Assembly: GCA_964485195.1 (NCBI GenBank)
Contig: CAZAIK010000002.1
Location: 76,972-140,971 of the forward strand
Reading direction: 5' to 3'
DNA from: an uncultured Methanosarcinales archaeon
Lineage (GTDB): Archaea; Nanobdellota; Nanobdellia; Woesearchaeales; CAIVOO01
Length of the DNA stretch: 64,000 nt
Below, piece by piece: positions 1 to 9,527 of the stretch. Every line of letters starts with the position of its first letter. Position 1 is the first letter of the stretch. The notes under the pieces were generated by a model that saw nothing but the letters and a program-made list of their open reading frames with translations, was not told the DNA's origin and made no database searches. The position numbers and the translations under genes are program-made.

Positions 1-221
1 TGACCCTTATGGATTTTCTTAAGAAAGACAGGGAGTATTTCCTGAATTTCTCCCAGTTTGTCAGTTTTGAATATCTCTCTGTGAATTTCTCCTTGAATTT
101 TATTTCAGGAGCATTTGGGAATGTTTCAAGCGCCATGAACCAAGTTCCTGCGCTCTCTTTTTATTTATTTCCCTTTTTGACAAAGAAGGTCTTGAAAGAG
201 GAGATGCGGGGATATAATAAG

Positions 222-1856
222 TTATTTGAATGATTTAACCATATAACTTCCTTCCTTTTTGTAGCCGAGCTTTCTGTAATATTCCCTCACCCCGACCCCG
301 GAAATGACTTTCATCTTCTTGATTTTGCTTTTCCCAGCAATCTCTTCTGCCTTTTTCATCAATTGCTTTCCGAAGCCCCTGTGCTGCGCCTTCCCTTCTT
401 CCTTCAGCTGTTCTGCAGAACCGTAAACGTGAAGCTCCCTAATGAATGCTGTTTCACCTGAAATCCTGAGCCTGCAAAAGCCTATGATTTTGTCATTTTC
501 CTCAAGGGAAATGAAGAATTCCTTCCCTCCTGAAGCAGCATATTCTTTAACCTTTATTGAAGGGTTTCTGATATCACCCTTTTTTATTTCCCTGCACCTT
601 ATGCACCTGCATTCAATGCCGTAATTTTCCTTTATGTGCTGCCGCAGGTTTGTCATTTTGGGACCTGCCTCAATAACTGTGGACGGAATGTCCCTCTGTA
701 TCCTCATTATCCTGCAGTATTCCGGAACAAATTTTTTAGCCTGCGTTATTATCCTTGCAGCCTGCTCTGTTTTTATTGGCCTGTACAACCCCTTTTTCCA
801 CATATCATATAGTTTGGTGCCCTTGGTGACAATGCACGGGTAAATCTTGAGCATGTCCGGCCTGAATTTCTCTTCGGAAAACAATTTTTTTATGCCTTCA
901 ATGTCTTTTTTCACGCTGGAGCCGGGAAGCCCTATCATATAATGTGCATTTATCTTGAATCCATTGTCTTTCAACACCCTGAAGGCTTCAGCAGTTTCAT
1001 TGACCGTATGGCCCCTTTCAATCTTTTTCAGCACCTCATCATAAACAGACTGGATGCCTATCTCTACACGGGTGGCCCCCATTCTCAGCATTTCCTTAAC
1101 GTGCTTTTCCATTGCATAGTCCGGCCTTGTTTCTATGGTCAGCCCGACGCATCTTATGGCAGAACTCTCATTTCTCTTCTGCTCCCTTTCCAACTCGGCC
1201 TTTCCTTTCTGCTTTTTTATTTTTGAAATGACCTTTTTCACTCTTTTTTCATCCTTGATTGTGCCGGGCAGCTCAAAGAACTCCCTGAACTTGTCAAAAT
1301 TAAACTCACCATTCCTGTAAAAAATTCTTGAGAAGTCATTCATTGCCTTGAATGCGCTGGCCACAAAGCTTTCCTGGTATTTTTTTGTGAAGGAGGGGAA
1401 AGTACCCCCCATTATTATCAGTTCAGCCTTGTTGGGGTTGTGCCCTGTTACTATGTACTGCTCCAGTCTTGAAAATACCTGCACGTAGGGGTCAAATCCC
1501 GTGCGCAGGCCTCTCATGGTTGCGGGCTCCTTTCCTGTGTAGCTTTGGGGCACATCACCAAAACTGGATTCAGGCCCTCCGGGGCAGTAAACGCATTTTC
1601 CGTGGGGGCATTTGGCGGGCCTGGTCATAACTGCAACAACTGCAACTCCTGAGATTGTCCTGGTGGGCTTTGTCTGGAGATACTTTTTGAGAATGGGCAA
1701 GTCCTCCTTTTTGGCGTGCGTTAATATTGCAATGTCTGTTGGAACCTTTGCTATGCCGTGCTTCTTGCACAGGAGATACTTCTGCCTGGAAAAATCCTCT
1801 TTTGAAAGCCTTTTTTTCTTTACAGCTTCTATTAATTCTGAAAAAAAATGGTCCAT
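222..1856 (-). CDS. elp3: Elp3-family radical SAM + GNAT protein (tRNA uridine carboxymethylation / histone acetyltransferase homolog)
   Basis: 544 aa; radical-SAM Cys motif CPHGKCVYCPGG near N-terminus; C-terminal GNAT-like region (QHRGFGKQLMKKAEE); typical Elp3 length. Confidence 0.8.
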   Translation of the reverse strand: MDHFFSELIEAVKKKRLSKEDFSRQKYLLCKKHGIAKVPTDIAILTHAKKEDLPILKKYLQTKPTRTISGVAVVAVMTRPAKCPHGKCVYCPGGPESSFGDVPQSYTGKEPATMRGLRTGFDPYVQVFSRLEQYIVTGHNPNKAELIIMGGTFPSFTKKYQESFVASAFKAMNDFSRIFYRNGEFNFDKFREFFELPGTIKDEKRVKKVISKIKKQKGKAELEREQKRNESSAIRCVGLTIETRPDYAMEKHVKEMLRMGATRVEIGIQSVYDEVLKKIERGHTVNETAEAFRVLKDNGFKINAHYMIGLPGSSVKKDIEGIKKLFSEEKFRPDMLKIYPCIVTKGTKLYDMWKKGLYRPIKTEQAARIITQAKKFVPEYCRIMRIQRDIPSTVIEAGPKMTNLRQHIKENYGIECRCIRCREIKKGDIRNPSIKVKEYAASGGKEFFISLEENDKIIGFCRLRISGETAFIRELHVYGSAEQLKEEGKAQHRGFGKQLMKKAEEIAGKSKIKKMKVISGVGVREYYRKLGYKKEGSYMVKSFK

Positions 1857-1977
1857 GAAAAAGGGTTAAACGCCACTATTTTTAAAGGTATACTTTGGGC
1901 AGGTGTTACGCCGGGTTAGTTATTTGAGGATTGCGCCTGGCAGCGCCAGCCAAAACGCGCAATACCAAACAAACACT

Positions 1978-3006
1978 TTAGCCTTTTACAATCTTTCTCA
2001 CAGGCCAGGAGATTTCAATATTTTCCTTGTCATACCTCTCTTTCAGCGCCTTGATGAACTCGTGCGTCACAAGGTATTTGTCCACAATCTGCTGCACCCT
2101 GAGAATCACAGCGAAATTGATGTTGGAATCCCCGAAAGAATTGTATCTTATGAATGGCTCAAAATCCCTCACAGCCCCTTCCACATTCTCCTGGATTTTT
2201 CTGGCCACTTCAACTGTCACTTTTTCCACCTTTTTCAAATCTTCCTTGTAACCGACTCCAACAGGTATGACCAATCCTGTTTCCTTTACAGGCACGTCAT
2301 CATTTATTATCACGCTTTCGGCAAGCTTAGCATTTGGGATTATGACTAATGTATTTGGCAAAGTCAGTATCCTTGTGCTCCTCCAGCCGATATCATCAAC
2401 ATACCCTGTTATGTTCTCGCTCTGCAATTCTATGTAATCTCCAACCTGAACTGGCTGGTCTGATATTATGTGTAGGCCTGCGAAAAAATTTGATAATGTA
2501 TTCTGCAGGGCCAGTCCCACTGCAAGCCCTCCAATACCAAGCGTGGCAATCAGGGGGGAGACCTCAATCCCGAAATAACTGAGGATGATTATGAACGCAA
2601 TAAGGTAGATTGCGCCTGCAATCACCTTGTTCAAAACCTGGGGAGTTTTCCTGAATTTCTTTTTAACGTGCAGCCATTTGCCCACGAAAACCAACAAAAT
2701 CTTTACAAATATGTAAGCTCCCAGAAGAACAGAGACCACAAAGAAACCTTTGCTAATCAGGTCCTGATATTCAACAAGTAAGCTCAGCCTTTGCTGAGCG
2801 AAAAAGAGCCCTGCAAGGATTATCGCAATTAACAGGGGCTTTTTTACAATGTCAGCGAGTGCGTCATCTATGTCATTTTTGGTTTTTCCGGCAAATTTTC
2901 TTATAAATCTCAATATTATGAAGTCTATTACAAAAGCTGCTGCCACGGATATACCAATTATGAGCAGAAACTGAAGAGACTCATTCTGAAACAACACCTC
3001 TAGCAT
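1978..3006 (-). CDS. small-conductance mechanosensitive channel (MscS family)
   Basis: 342 aa; N-terminal TM helices followed by MscS-like beta domain (GDYIELQSENITGYVDDIGWRSTRILT). Confidence 0.7.
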   Translation of the reverse strand: MLEVLFQNESLQFLLIIGISVAAAFVIDFIILRFIRKFAGKTKNDIDDALADIVKKPLLIAIILAGLFFAQQRLSLLVEYQDLISKGFFVVSVLLGAYIFVKILLVFVGKWLHVKKKFRKTPQVLNKVIAGAIYLIAFIIILSYFGIEVSPLIATLGIGGLAVGLALQNTLSNFFAGLHIISDQPVQVGDYIELQSENITGYVDDIGWRSTRILTLPNTLVIIPNAKLAESVIINDDVPVKETGLVIPVGVGYKEDLKKVEKVTVEVARKIQENVEGAVRDFEPFIRYNSFGDSNINFAVILRVQQIVDKYLVTHEFIKALKERYDKENIEISWPVRKIVKG

Positions 3007-3047
3007 ATTAAGCCGTTGAAATTCTTTCTTTTTAAATCTTGCCTACC

Positions 3048-3198
3048 GCAGGTAATGTCAGGTATCCTGTTTGGCGTTGGCGCTGCCTGGCGCAGTTGCC
3101 AACTTTGCTGTGAGGTTACAAATAACTCGGTTTCAGAGGCGATAAAGTGACGGGCGGAGCGCAGCACCAGCTTTTGAACAACCAACTTGACTTAACCC
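3048..3198. repeat. GC-rich conserved non-coding element, copy A (paralog of 31126..31240; ends resemble MITE-like element at 39800..39959)
   Basis: Intergenic. Core ggcgctgcctggcgcag...tcggtttcagaggcgat...gacgggcggagcgcagcaccagc aligns with copy B. Left end gcaggtaatgtcagg and right end cttgacttaaccc resemble the TIRs of the 39.8 kb element. Confidence 0.4.
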
Positions 3199-3209
3199 TC
3201 TTATTAATC

Positions 3210-4175
3210 TCAAATAATTCCTACTTCAGACAATATTTCCAGCCCTATGAAGAGAAAGTAAAGGCATACCATTATGATTCCGTGCCTGTAGTCCATCTCC
3301 TGGTTCTTAATCAGCCACAGCACAAGGGCAAGCCCGCCGATATAGAATATTGCGCTTAGTATTATGCTTCGCAACGGAAGAACGACAGGATTGATTACAG
3401 CCACGATGCCAAAAAGCAAAAGCATATCAGCAAGCGTGCTCCCCAGCACGTCCCCGAATGCGATGTGCGTGTGGCCGGTTCTCACAGCCTTTATCTGCAC
3501 AGAAAGGTCAGGGAGGGAAGCGCCTATTCCTATGACTATCAAGGCGATGAGATAGGAACTTATCCCTAATATCTCTGACACTTTCGATGCCGAGAAAACC
3601 ATCCACCTCGCTGACAGCAGGAGCGCGACAAGGGCGCCGAGAAAAACGAAAGCGTCTTTCCATACCATTTTCAGCTTTACATCCTTTTTGAGCTGGCCGA
3701 GCGTTCCTTCCTTCTTCCACAAATAGATAACGTAGCCTATGAAGGCGCCTATTAGAACGAATCCGCCCCATCTGGGAATTCGCCCGCCCAAAAGAAATAT
3801 AACAGGGATTGACGCAAGCAGGAGGAAAAAATGCCTTGTCTCCCTCAGCAGCTTGCTTTGAAGATTTATCTTCCTGCCCACAATCGCCACCGTGCCCAAT
3901 ATTAAAAGAAGGGAAGCAATGACTGCGCCGAAAAAAGAGCCTGCAACTATTCCGCTGTCTCCCTGCACAGCACCCATTACTGAGGAAACAAATTCAGGAG
4001 TGGACATTCCCATAGCGATGACTATGAATCCTATGAGGTACTCTGAAATCCCTAATTTCCTTGCGTAATTTGTAATGCCAAAGACAATAAGGTCAGCTGC
4101 CCTGATAAGAACATACAAACTTGCAGCCAATAAGACAATGTATACAAACAGCGGATTGTTTATTATCTCTATCAT
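3210..4175 (-). CDS. Na+/Ca2+ exchanger family (CaCA/YrbG-like) membrane protein
   Basis: 321 aa polytopic membrane protein with two alpha-repeat motifs (GMSTPEFVSS and GASLPDLSV). Confidence 0.75.
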   Translation of the reverse strand: MIEIINNPLFVYIVLLAASLYVLIRAADLIVFGITNYARKLGISEYLIGFIVIAMGMSTPEFVSSVMGAVQGDSGIVAGSFFGAVIASLLLILGTVAIVGRKINLQSKLLRETRHFFLLLASIPVIFLLGGRIPRWGGFVLIGAFIGYVIYLWKKEGTLGQLKKDVKLKMVWKDAFVFLGALVALLLSARWMVFSASKVSEILGISSYLIALIVIGIGASLPDLSVQIKAVRTGHTHIAFGDVLGSTLADMLLLFGIVAVINPVVLPLRSIILSAIFYIGGLALVLWLIKNQEMDYRHGIIMVCLYFLFIGLEILSEVGII

Positions 4176-4489
4176 TTTTGGACAGCTTTCCGTATCCCCC
4201 TGTAGACTATTATGCTTGCAGCAACCACAATCACCAGCACCCAGTCAAAAATATTTAGCGGGACTGTGTCAAAGAGCATGTTCAAAGGAGCATAAGTTAC
4301 GGCAACCTGCAAAATAATGGAAATTCCCGCTGCTCCCAGCAGGTACTTGTTTGAAAAGGCAGTGGTGAAAACAGATTTTTTCTCGGACTTGCAGTTGAAA
4401 ACATTGAATATCTGGTAAAACACAAGGCAGAGCTCCTCCAGGACTTTTTCCGCAGGCTGTGCGTGGAATTTCATTCTGTGGTTTTGCAA
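4172..4489 (-). pseudogene. C-terminal remnant of a cation-transporting P-type ATPase
   Basis: 105-aa ORF whose last ~70 aa (NKYLLGAAGISIILQVAVTYAPLNMLFDTVPLNIFDWVLVIVVAASIIV) match the conserved C-terminal TM segment of P-type ATPases; no upstream ATPase body. Confidence 0.5.
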
Positions 4490-4770
4490 AATTCCTCCTT
4501 CATCTCTTCAAGGTTTCTCATAAAATACTTGAAGCAGTCAGAGGCGCAGAAGGACAACTTTCTTCTGTATTTCTCCCCTATTATGAGAGTGAATCTGGGA
4601 TTTCTCAGCTCCTTGAAGCAGGTCGCGCAGAACTTTTCTGAATTGCTCAGTTCCTGCAGCCTCTGCCACATAACCTTTTTTATTATTTCATTGTTGTTTT
4701 CAATGTCCTTTTGAAGTTCTTTCAGCTCTTCAAAATTCATCCTTTTTATTGTGTCCACTATTTCTTTCAC
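4471..4770 (-). CDS. hypothetical protein with CxxC...CxxDC motifs
   Basis: 99-aa ORF, 4-nt overlap with upstream small gene; Cys pairs CATC / CASDC suggest zinc binding. Confidence 0.3.
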   Translation of the reverse strand: MKEIVDTIKRMNFEELKELQKDIENNNEIIKKVMWQRLQELSNSEKFCATCFKELRNPRFTLIIGEKYRRKLSFCASDCFKYFMRNLEEMKEEFCKTTE

Positions 4771-4937
4771 TTCTTGTCCGCCTCCTCAAACTCAATGTAC
4801 CACCTGCCTGTTTTCCTGTCATAGATGAAAAGGACATTGTGCTTCTTGCTCTTGTCCAGGGCAAATAACAAAGGCATTGGTATTGTTGTCTCGTAAGAGC
4901 TTCCCCGCTTGTAGAGCTTTCTCCTGATGGTTGTCAT
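4767..4937 (-). CDS. small AbrB/SpoVT-like (swapped-hairpin) DNA-binding protein
   Basis: 56 aa, not in ORF track (<60 aa); MTTIRRKLYKRGSSYETTIPMPLL resembles the AbrB/MazE looped-hinge helix fold; ATG at 4937, TGA at 4767. Confidence 0.4.
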   Translation of the reverse strand: MTTIRRKLYKRGSSYETTIPMPLLFALDKSKKHNVLFIYDRKTGRWYIEFEEADKK

Positions 4938-4945
4938 TGTTCCTC

Positions 4946-5755
4946 TTAAGCCATGATTATCCCGAAGTTATAGCATCTCACATTGCTTCCTGCTCTTTCG
5001 GCACTCCCTGTGAACTTAACATACCAGTATGATTTTCCGCCAGTTCCTGTGTTGTCTGCCTTGATTCTTTTTGCAAAATTTGAATCATCGCCTTTATCAT
5101 TATGCAAAATGTCAGAAATATAGCACACGTGCCATTTCGTACTGGCTACAGGTGTCCAGGAGTCGCCAGTCTTACTAAAATCATACCTTCCGCTGTGAGT
5201 TATGCCTATTCTAATGGTCTTGCATATTATGTTTCCGCTGGCGTCAATGCCTATCATCACTTGGCCGGCTGGGCACGAGCCCGGATTAATACCAGATGGC
5301 CATTCTGTCTTTCGCACGTTTCCGAGTGTTATTCCGCTTCCTGCGACGATATCATTGGCGATAACATCATTGTTTTCAACTATCAGATTGCCCCCTTCAA
5401 TGTTTACTGGCTTGCCTGTCGTGCCTGTTGAAATCCACAGCCCTGTTGTGGTGCTGTAATCTATGTGCGGTTTGTTATTGTCCTGAGATGTTGTCTGCCA
5501 GAATATACCCTTCACATCTGCAGGGAAAAAAAGGTTGCCTGTCTGCACATTAATGCTGTGCTGGACTGCCAAGATGTTCTGAACATTCAAGTTGTTTGGA
5601 AAAGTGAAATCTCCGGAGCCGAATGTTCCTGCGCTGATTTCTGATGCGCTGTGCCCGACAGTAGGAGTTTGCGCAATCGCTATTCCTGCTGCAGAAAAAA
5701 CAACTGCAAGCGCCACAAAAAGAACAAGGTGCCTTTTCTCTACGCAAATTTCCAT
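4946..5755 (-). CDS. secreted hypothetical protein
   Basis: 269 aa; N-terminal signal peptide (LVLFVALAVVFSAAGIAIAQTPT); Gly/Thr/Asn-rich. Confidence 0.5.
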   Translation of the reverse strand: MEICVEKRHLVLFVALAVVFSAAGIAIAQTPTVGHSASEISAGTFGSGDFTFPNNLNVQNILAVQHSINVQTGNLFFPADVKGIFWQTTSQDNNKPHIDYSTTTGLWISTGTTGKPVNIEGGNLIVENNDVIANDIVAGSGITLGNVRKTEWPSGINPGSCPAGQVMIGIDASGNIICKTIRIGITHSGRYDFSKTGDSWTPVASTKWHVCYISDILHNDKGDDSNFAKRIKADNTGTGGKSYWYVKFTGSAERAGSNVRCYNFGIIMA

Positions 5756-5898
5756 TTTCTGCCTCCCAAAATACTTATATTTTTACATTCTTTAAGATAT
5801 ATTTTACGATTAACTTTTATGTATATAAAAATACTTATTTATAAATCTTGCGGTTTGGAATCTAAATATTTAAATAATCCTGGGAAACAGAACAAGGA

Positions 5899-6711
5899 AT
5901 GAAGTTCGCAGTCATTGTTTCTCCAAAAGACCCTGCAGGCATTACAATAAAGGAAGCATTGATGCGGATGTATGAATTCAAGGATGCAGAAAAGGAGTAC
6001 GACGGGCATCCTGTTTATGAATTCCAGAACATAGAGCTTTACACCACAGACACGGACTCAATACACTGCGAGGACATTGACAATAAAATAAATGCTGATA
6101 TGTTTATTTTTGCGACAAAGCACGAGTCAAAGGCAGGCATTCCCTCCCTTTCTGTCCATACCACCGGCAACTGGGGAAAGGCAGAAGGTTATGGTGGAAA
6201 GGACAGGAAATTATGCGTTGCGCCCGCAGGGTACCTAAAGGAAGGCCTGATATTCCTTGAGAACAACAACAAGGTTGGTTTTGATGTTGTCCAGGAATGC
6301 ACCCATCACGGCCCCTATCTTGAAAAGCCGGTTATGTTCATCGAGATAGGCGGAAGCGAAAAGCAGTGGAAGAACAAGGACGCTGCTGAAATTATCGCGG
6401 CAGCCATAGTGCACATTAACATGGTGGAGCCAAGACTTTTCAAGACAGCTATGGGAATTGGCGGTTTGCACACCACGCCGAACTTCAGGAAGATAATGCT
6501 GAACACAGATGTTGCAATAGGCCACATCTGCCCAAAATACCAGCTGGAAAACCTTGACGGGGACATAATTGTGCAGGCCATAAAGAATACAAAACCGGCA
6601 GCCGCAGAAATGGCAATCCTGGACTGGAAAGGCCTGGGGCAGGAAAAGGATAGGATAGTCAGCCTTCTGCAGGAGTTGGGGATCCCATTTACCAGGACTT
6701 CGGCGTTTTAA
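5899..6711 (+). CDS. dtdA: D-aminoacyl-tRNA deacylase, archaeal type (DtdA)
   Basis: 270 aa; MKFAVIVSPKDPAGITIKE N-terminus and overall length typical of archaeal DTD2/DtdA. Confidence 0.55.
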   Translation: MKFAVIVSPKDPAGITIKEALMRMYEFKDAEKEYDGHPVYEFQNIELYTTDTDSIHCEDIDNKINADMFIFATKHESKAGIPSLSVHTTGNWGKAEGYGGKDRKLCVAPAGYLKEGLIFLENNNKVGFDVVQECTHHGPYLEKPVMFIEIGGSEKQWKNKDAAEIIAAAIVHINMVEPRLFKTAMGIGGLHTTPNFRKIMLNTDVAIGHICPKYQLENLDGDIIVQAIKNTKPAAAEMAILDWKGLGQEKDRIVSLLQELGIPFTRTSAF

Positions 6712-6753
6712 TTTCATAATCTTTAAATACTGGTTTGGTTAAATTTTCCGGGA

Positions 6754-7458
6754 ATGGCAAAAAAGAAGGGTGTTAAGGGAAAAAAGGCCGGAAAGTCTGT
6801 TAAAAAGGGCTCAGGAAAAAATGAGAAGCCCCGGAAAAACAGATGGGTAGGCATAGCAGTGATTGTAGTGGTATTCGCCTTAATCCTGTTCTTATTCTCG
6901 TATTCAGCTTTCTTCTCTGGCAGAAAGGCCTCCACTTTCGGGGAAGCTGTCCAGATGGTAGAGGAAATTGACTCTGCCCACAACATTTCATTCTCTGATT
7001 ATCAGAGGGGACTTTATTATCTGGAGGACAATCCGCGCTATCCCAACCCCCTGAACTTTGATGAGATGGAAGTGGTTTTGGAGGAATATGATGAAATAAG
7101 GGGGGATGGGAATGTGGAGCTTTTCACCGATTTCAGGATTAATCTTTTGGAAGCGGAAAAATATTACAGGCTTTCACAAAAGTCCTACAAGGCGGACCTT
7201 CACAACTACGGCCTGAGGTGCAAGAACGAACCCTATATTCTTGAGTCGATCAACAACACTGGAAAGTCAGTTGAGAACATAAGGGAGATGCTTGCGAATT
7301 TGGATGAGCTTAATGAAAAATACCCTGAAGATTTCAACTCCCTGAACATCTCTGGAGAATGGATTAAGATTATGGCGAATGAAATTATAGATCTTGAGGC
7401 AGAAGCAAGTTACAAGAAAGCATTTTTTAATAACTTCTGCAATGAAACAAATGATTAA
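6754..7458 (+). CDS. membrane-anchored hypothetical protein (Lys-rich N-terminus, single TM)
   Basis: 234 aa; KKGVKGKKAGKSVKKG then TM helix GIAVIVVVFALILFLF. Confidence 0.4.
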   Translation: MAKKKGVKGKKAGKSVKKGSGKNEKPRKNRWVGIAVIVVVFALILFLFSYSAFFSGRKASTFGEAVQMVEEIDSAHNISFSDYQRGLYYLEDNPRYPNPLNFDEMEVVLEEYDEIRGDGNVELFTDFRINLLEAEKYYRLSQKSYKADLHNYGLRCKNEPYILESINNTGKSVENIREMLANLDELNEKYPEDFNSLNISGEWIKIMANEIIDLEAEASYKKAFFNNFCNETND

Positions 7459-7462
7459 GAGA

Positions 7463-8218
7463 TTATTTCTTTGCGGCTGGCTTTGCCTTTTCAGCAGGGG
7501 CAGCTTCCTTTTTCGCCCCAGCTCCCAGCCCCGCAGTAAGTTTTGCTATTAATGCCTCTGAAATCCCCTCTTCTCTCATCTTTGACTTTATGACTGACTT
7601 GTCCTTTCCTTCGTTGGCTGTCAGAATCTCCTGTGCTTTCTTTTCCTCTTCTGCGTGTCTCTTTTCAGCCTCTTCCTTAAGACGCTCCTTTTCCTCTTTC
7701 AACGTCTTTCTCTCTTCTTCAGTCAGCTCTGTCTTTTCCTCGGAAATTTCCTTGTCATAAACCCCTTTGTCAACTTCCTTCAGGGCCTCTTTGGGCTCTT
7801 TTCCCTCAACAAGAACTCCCATGGAAACGCACGTTCCAATAACGTTCTTCACCTTTTCCTTGAGGGTGGCCCCATTCAGGGACTCCTCTTTCATCTTGGC
7901 AACCTTTATTATCTGCTCAATCATCAAGTCAGCAACTTTGTCCTGGTTTGGCATTCCAGAACCCTTTTCAATTCCTGCCTCTTTTTTCAGCAGGCTCGAA
8001 GTTGGAGGCGTCCCTATCTCAATTTCGAACTCCTTGGTTGCAGGATCAAAATTAACCTTTACAGGGACCTGCATCCCCTTGAAATTCGCGGTTTTCTCAT
8101 TAATCTGGGCAACAACCTCAGAAACATTCAATCCAGTCGGGCCTAGCGCGGGCCCTAGAGGAGGCGCAGCTGACGCCTTTCCACCTTCTATCATTGCTTC
8201 TACAGTCTGGGCTGCCAT
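7463..8218 (-). CDS. rpl11: ribosomal protein uL11 with ~95-aa Lys/Glu-rich C-terminal extension
   Basis: N-terminal ~150 aa match uL11 ([18 protein letters not shown]...[14 protein letters not shown]); C-terminal tail [35 protein letters not shown]...[17 protein letters not shown] is not part of canonical L11. Confidence 0.8.
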   Translation of the reverse strand: MAAQTVEAMIEGGKASAAPPLGPALGPTGLNVSEVVAQINEKTANFKGMQVPVKVNFDPATKEFEIEIGTPPTSSLLKKEAGIEKGSGMPNQDKVADLMIEQIIKVAKMKEESLNGATLKEKVKNVIGTCVSMGVLVEGKEPKEALKEVDKGVYDKEISEEKTELTEEERKTLKEEKERLKEEAEKRHAEEEKKAQEILTANEGKDKSVIKSKMREEGISEALIAKLTAGLGAGAKKEAAPAEKAKPAAKK

Positions 8219-8256
8219 TCTAAGAAAGATTTAAAGGGTTATTTATAAAGCTTGTT

Positions 8257-8808
8257 GTGCACATTTTAAATATTTTCTCTTCTTCAGCCAGTAGTATGGC
8301 TCTTGAAATTGTTGGGGATGAATTAAGGATTTTTCACTTTCTGCCCTGGACGCATTGGGGGCACGCAGAGGATTTGTTATCATTTCTTCAGGACCCTGAA
8401 AACAGCAGCACGTTAGACAGGTCAGTTGTAGAGCAAGTCAGGGAACAAGTAAATCCAATCATAAGATTTGATTACAGTGTTCCTCCTTACATTGCTTTTG
8501 ATGGCACTGTTCCTGAAGAAGAGTTTGACAAAGCGCACGAGTTCCTGCTTCGTGACATAATCCCCGTAAAATATAAAGATGCGGTAAGGCTAAACCTGCA
8601 CAGGCAGTTCCTTATGAACATTCCTGACCCGCAAAATCATCCTGATTTTTTAATTAATGTAATGGGTTACATCCGCCCTCCTGAGAGTCATTTTTTCCAG
8701 GCAAAAAATCTCCTGGTTAAGTATGGGGGCCCTCATCAAATTAAAAGACTAATAGGAGATGTGATGTATGAGAGAGCATTAAATGACGCATTAAGAAAAA
8801 CTAAATAG
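8257..8808 (+). CDS. hypothetical protein
   Basis: 183-aa ORF preceded by tttataaa TATA-like box at ~8243; no recognisable domain. Confidence 0.35.
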   Translation: MHILNIFSSSASSMALEIVGDELRIFHFLPWTHWGHAEDLLSFLQDPENSSTLDRSVVEQVREQVNPIIRFDYSVPPYIAFDGTVPEEEFDKAHEFLLRDIIPVKYKDAVRLNLHRQFLMNIPDPQNHPDFLINVMGYIRPPESHFFQAKNLLVKYGGPHQIKRLIGDVMYERALNDALRKTK

Positions 8809-8811
8809 GAT

Positions 8812-9333
8812 CTACTCTTCCTCTTCTTCCCCTTCTCTCCTTATTACCTTCACAGCGTCAAGCTTCAGCGTGATTGGTATGGGAACTGCGCTTTCAAGAA
8901 GCTCCACCACAACTTCCTCTTTCATCTTGTCCACTCTTGTGACCTTGGCGTTTTCCCTCTTGAAAGGCCCTGAGATAATCTCAACAATGTCGCTCTTCTT
9001 GATGCTTACCTCCTTTGCAACCTGCTCAAGCATATGCTCTATTTCCTTGTAGGGAACAGGCTCCCTCAATATTCCCCTGGCGTAGGGAACGCCCTGGGCA
9101 GCCAGCTCTGCCTGCTTTTTTGAGCGGGCCTCGAGAAATATGTACCCTCTCATTCCGTGGGGCCTTATTATGGAGTAAATGTCAAGCTTTTTCTTCTGCG
9201 CATTGCTGACTACAAAGTCCATCACCTGGTCTTCCCTGTTTGCAGTAACCCTTAGTGCAAAAATCTCAGGCTCTTCTGATTTTTGCTCTTCTCTTGATGT
9301 TTCCTGTTCAGTTTTCTGTTCAGCTTCTGCCAT
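8812..9333 (-). CDS. spt5: transcription elongation factor Spt5 (NusG homolog)
   Basis: 173 aa; NGN domain (IFALRVTANREDQV) plus KOW motif (GPFKRENAKVTRVD); sits in conserved secE-spt5 context. Confidence 0.8.
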   Translation of the reverse strand: MAEAEQKTEQETSREEQKSEEPEIFALRVTANREDQVMDFVVSNAQKKKLDIYSIIRPHGMRGYIFLEARSKKQAELAAQGVPYARGILREPVPYKEIEHMLEQVAKEVSIKKSDIVEIISGPFKRENAKVTRVDKMKEEVVVELLESAVPIPITLKLDAVKVIRREGEEEEE

Positions 9334-9334
9334 T

Positions 9335-9526
9335 TTATATCAGCAATTGTTTTGCTATCTGTATCACAAAACCTAGGAGTCCTATGATTACCATTCCCAG
9401 TGCAGAAACCTTCACTATTGTGTAAAATTCCTGCTTGGTCGGCTTTTTTGTTACCCTTAACACAATCCTGCACTTGTAGAGGTAACTTCTTATCCTGTGA
9501 ATTACAGAAGGTTTTTGCGCGTCCAT
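9335..9526 (-). CDS. secE: protein translocase SecE / Sec61-gamma
   Basis: 63 aa; basic N-terminus then single TM helix (KVSALGMVIIGLLGFVIQI); between ftsZ and spt5 as in most archaea. Confidence 0.65.
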   Translation of the reverse strand: MDAQKPSVIHRIRSYLYKCRIVLRVTKKPTKQEFYTIVKVSALGMVIIGLLGFVIQIAKQLLI

Positions 9527-9527
9527 C

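Noticed and set aside
9-233. 74-aa ORF at the window start
   Set aside because: No RBS or promoter context, overlaps the Elp3 terminator region, and has low-complexity composition
7655-8234. Two + strand ORFs of 155-163 aa
   Set aside because: Antisense shadows inside the uL11 gene
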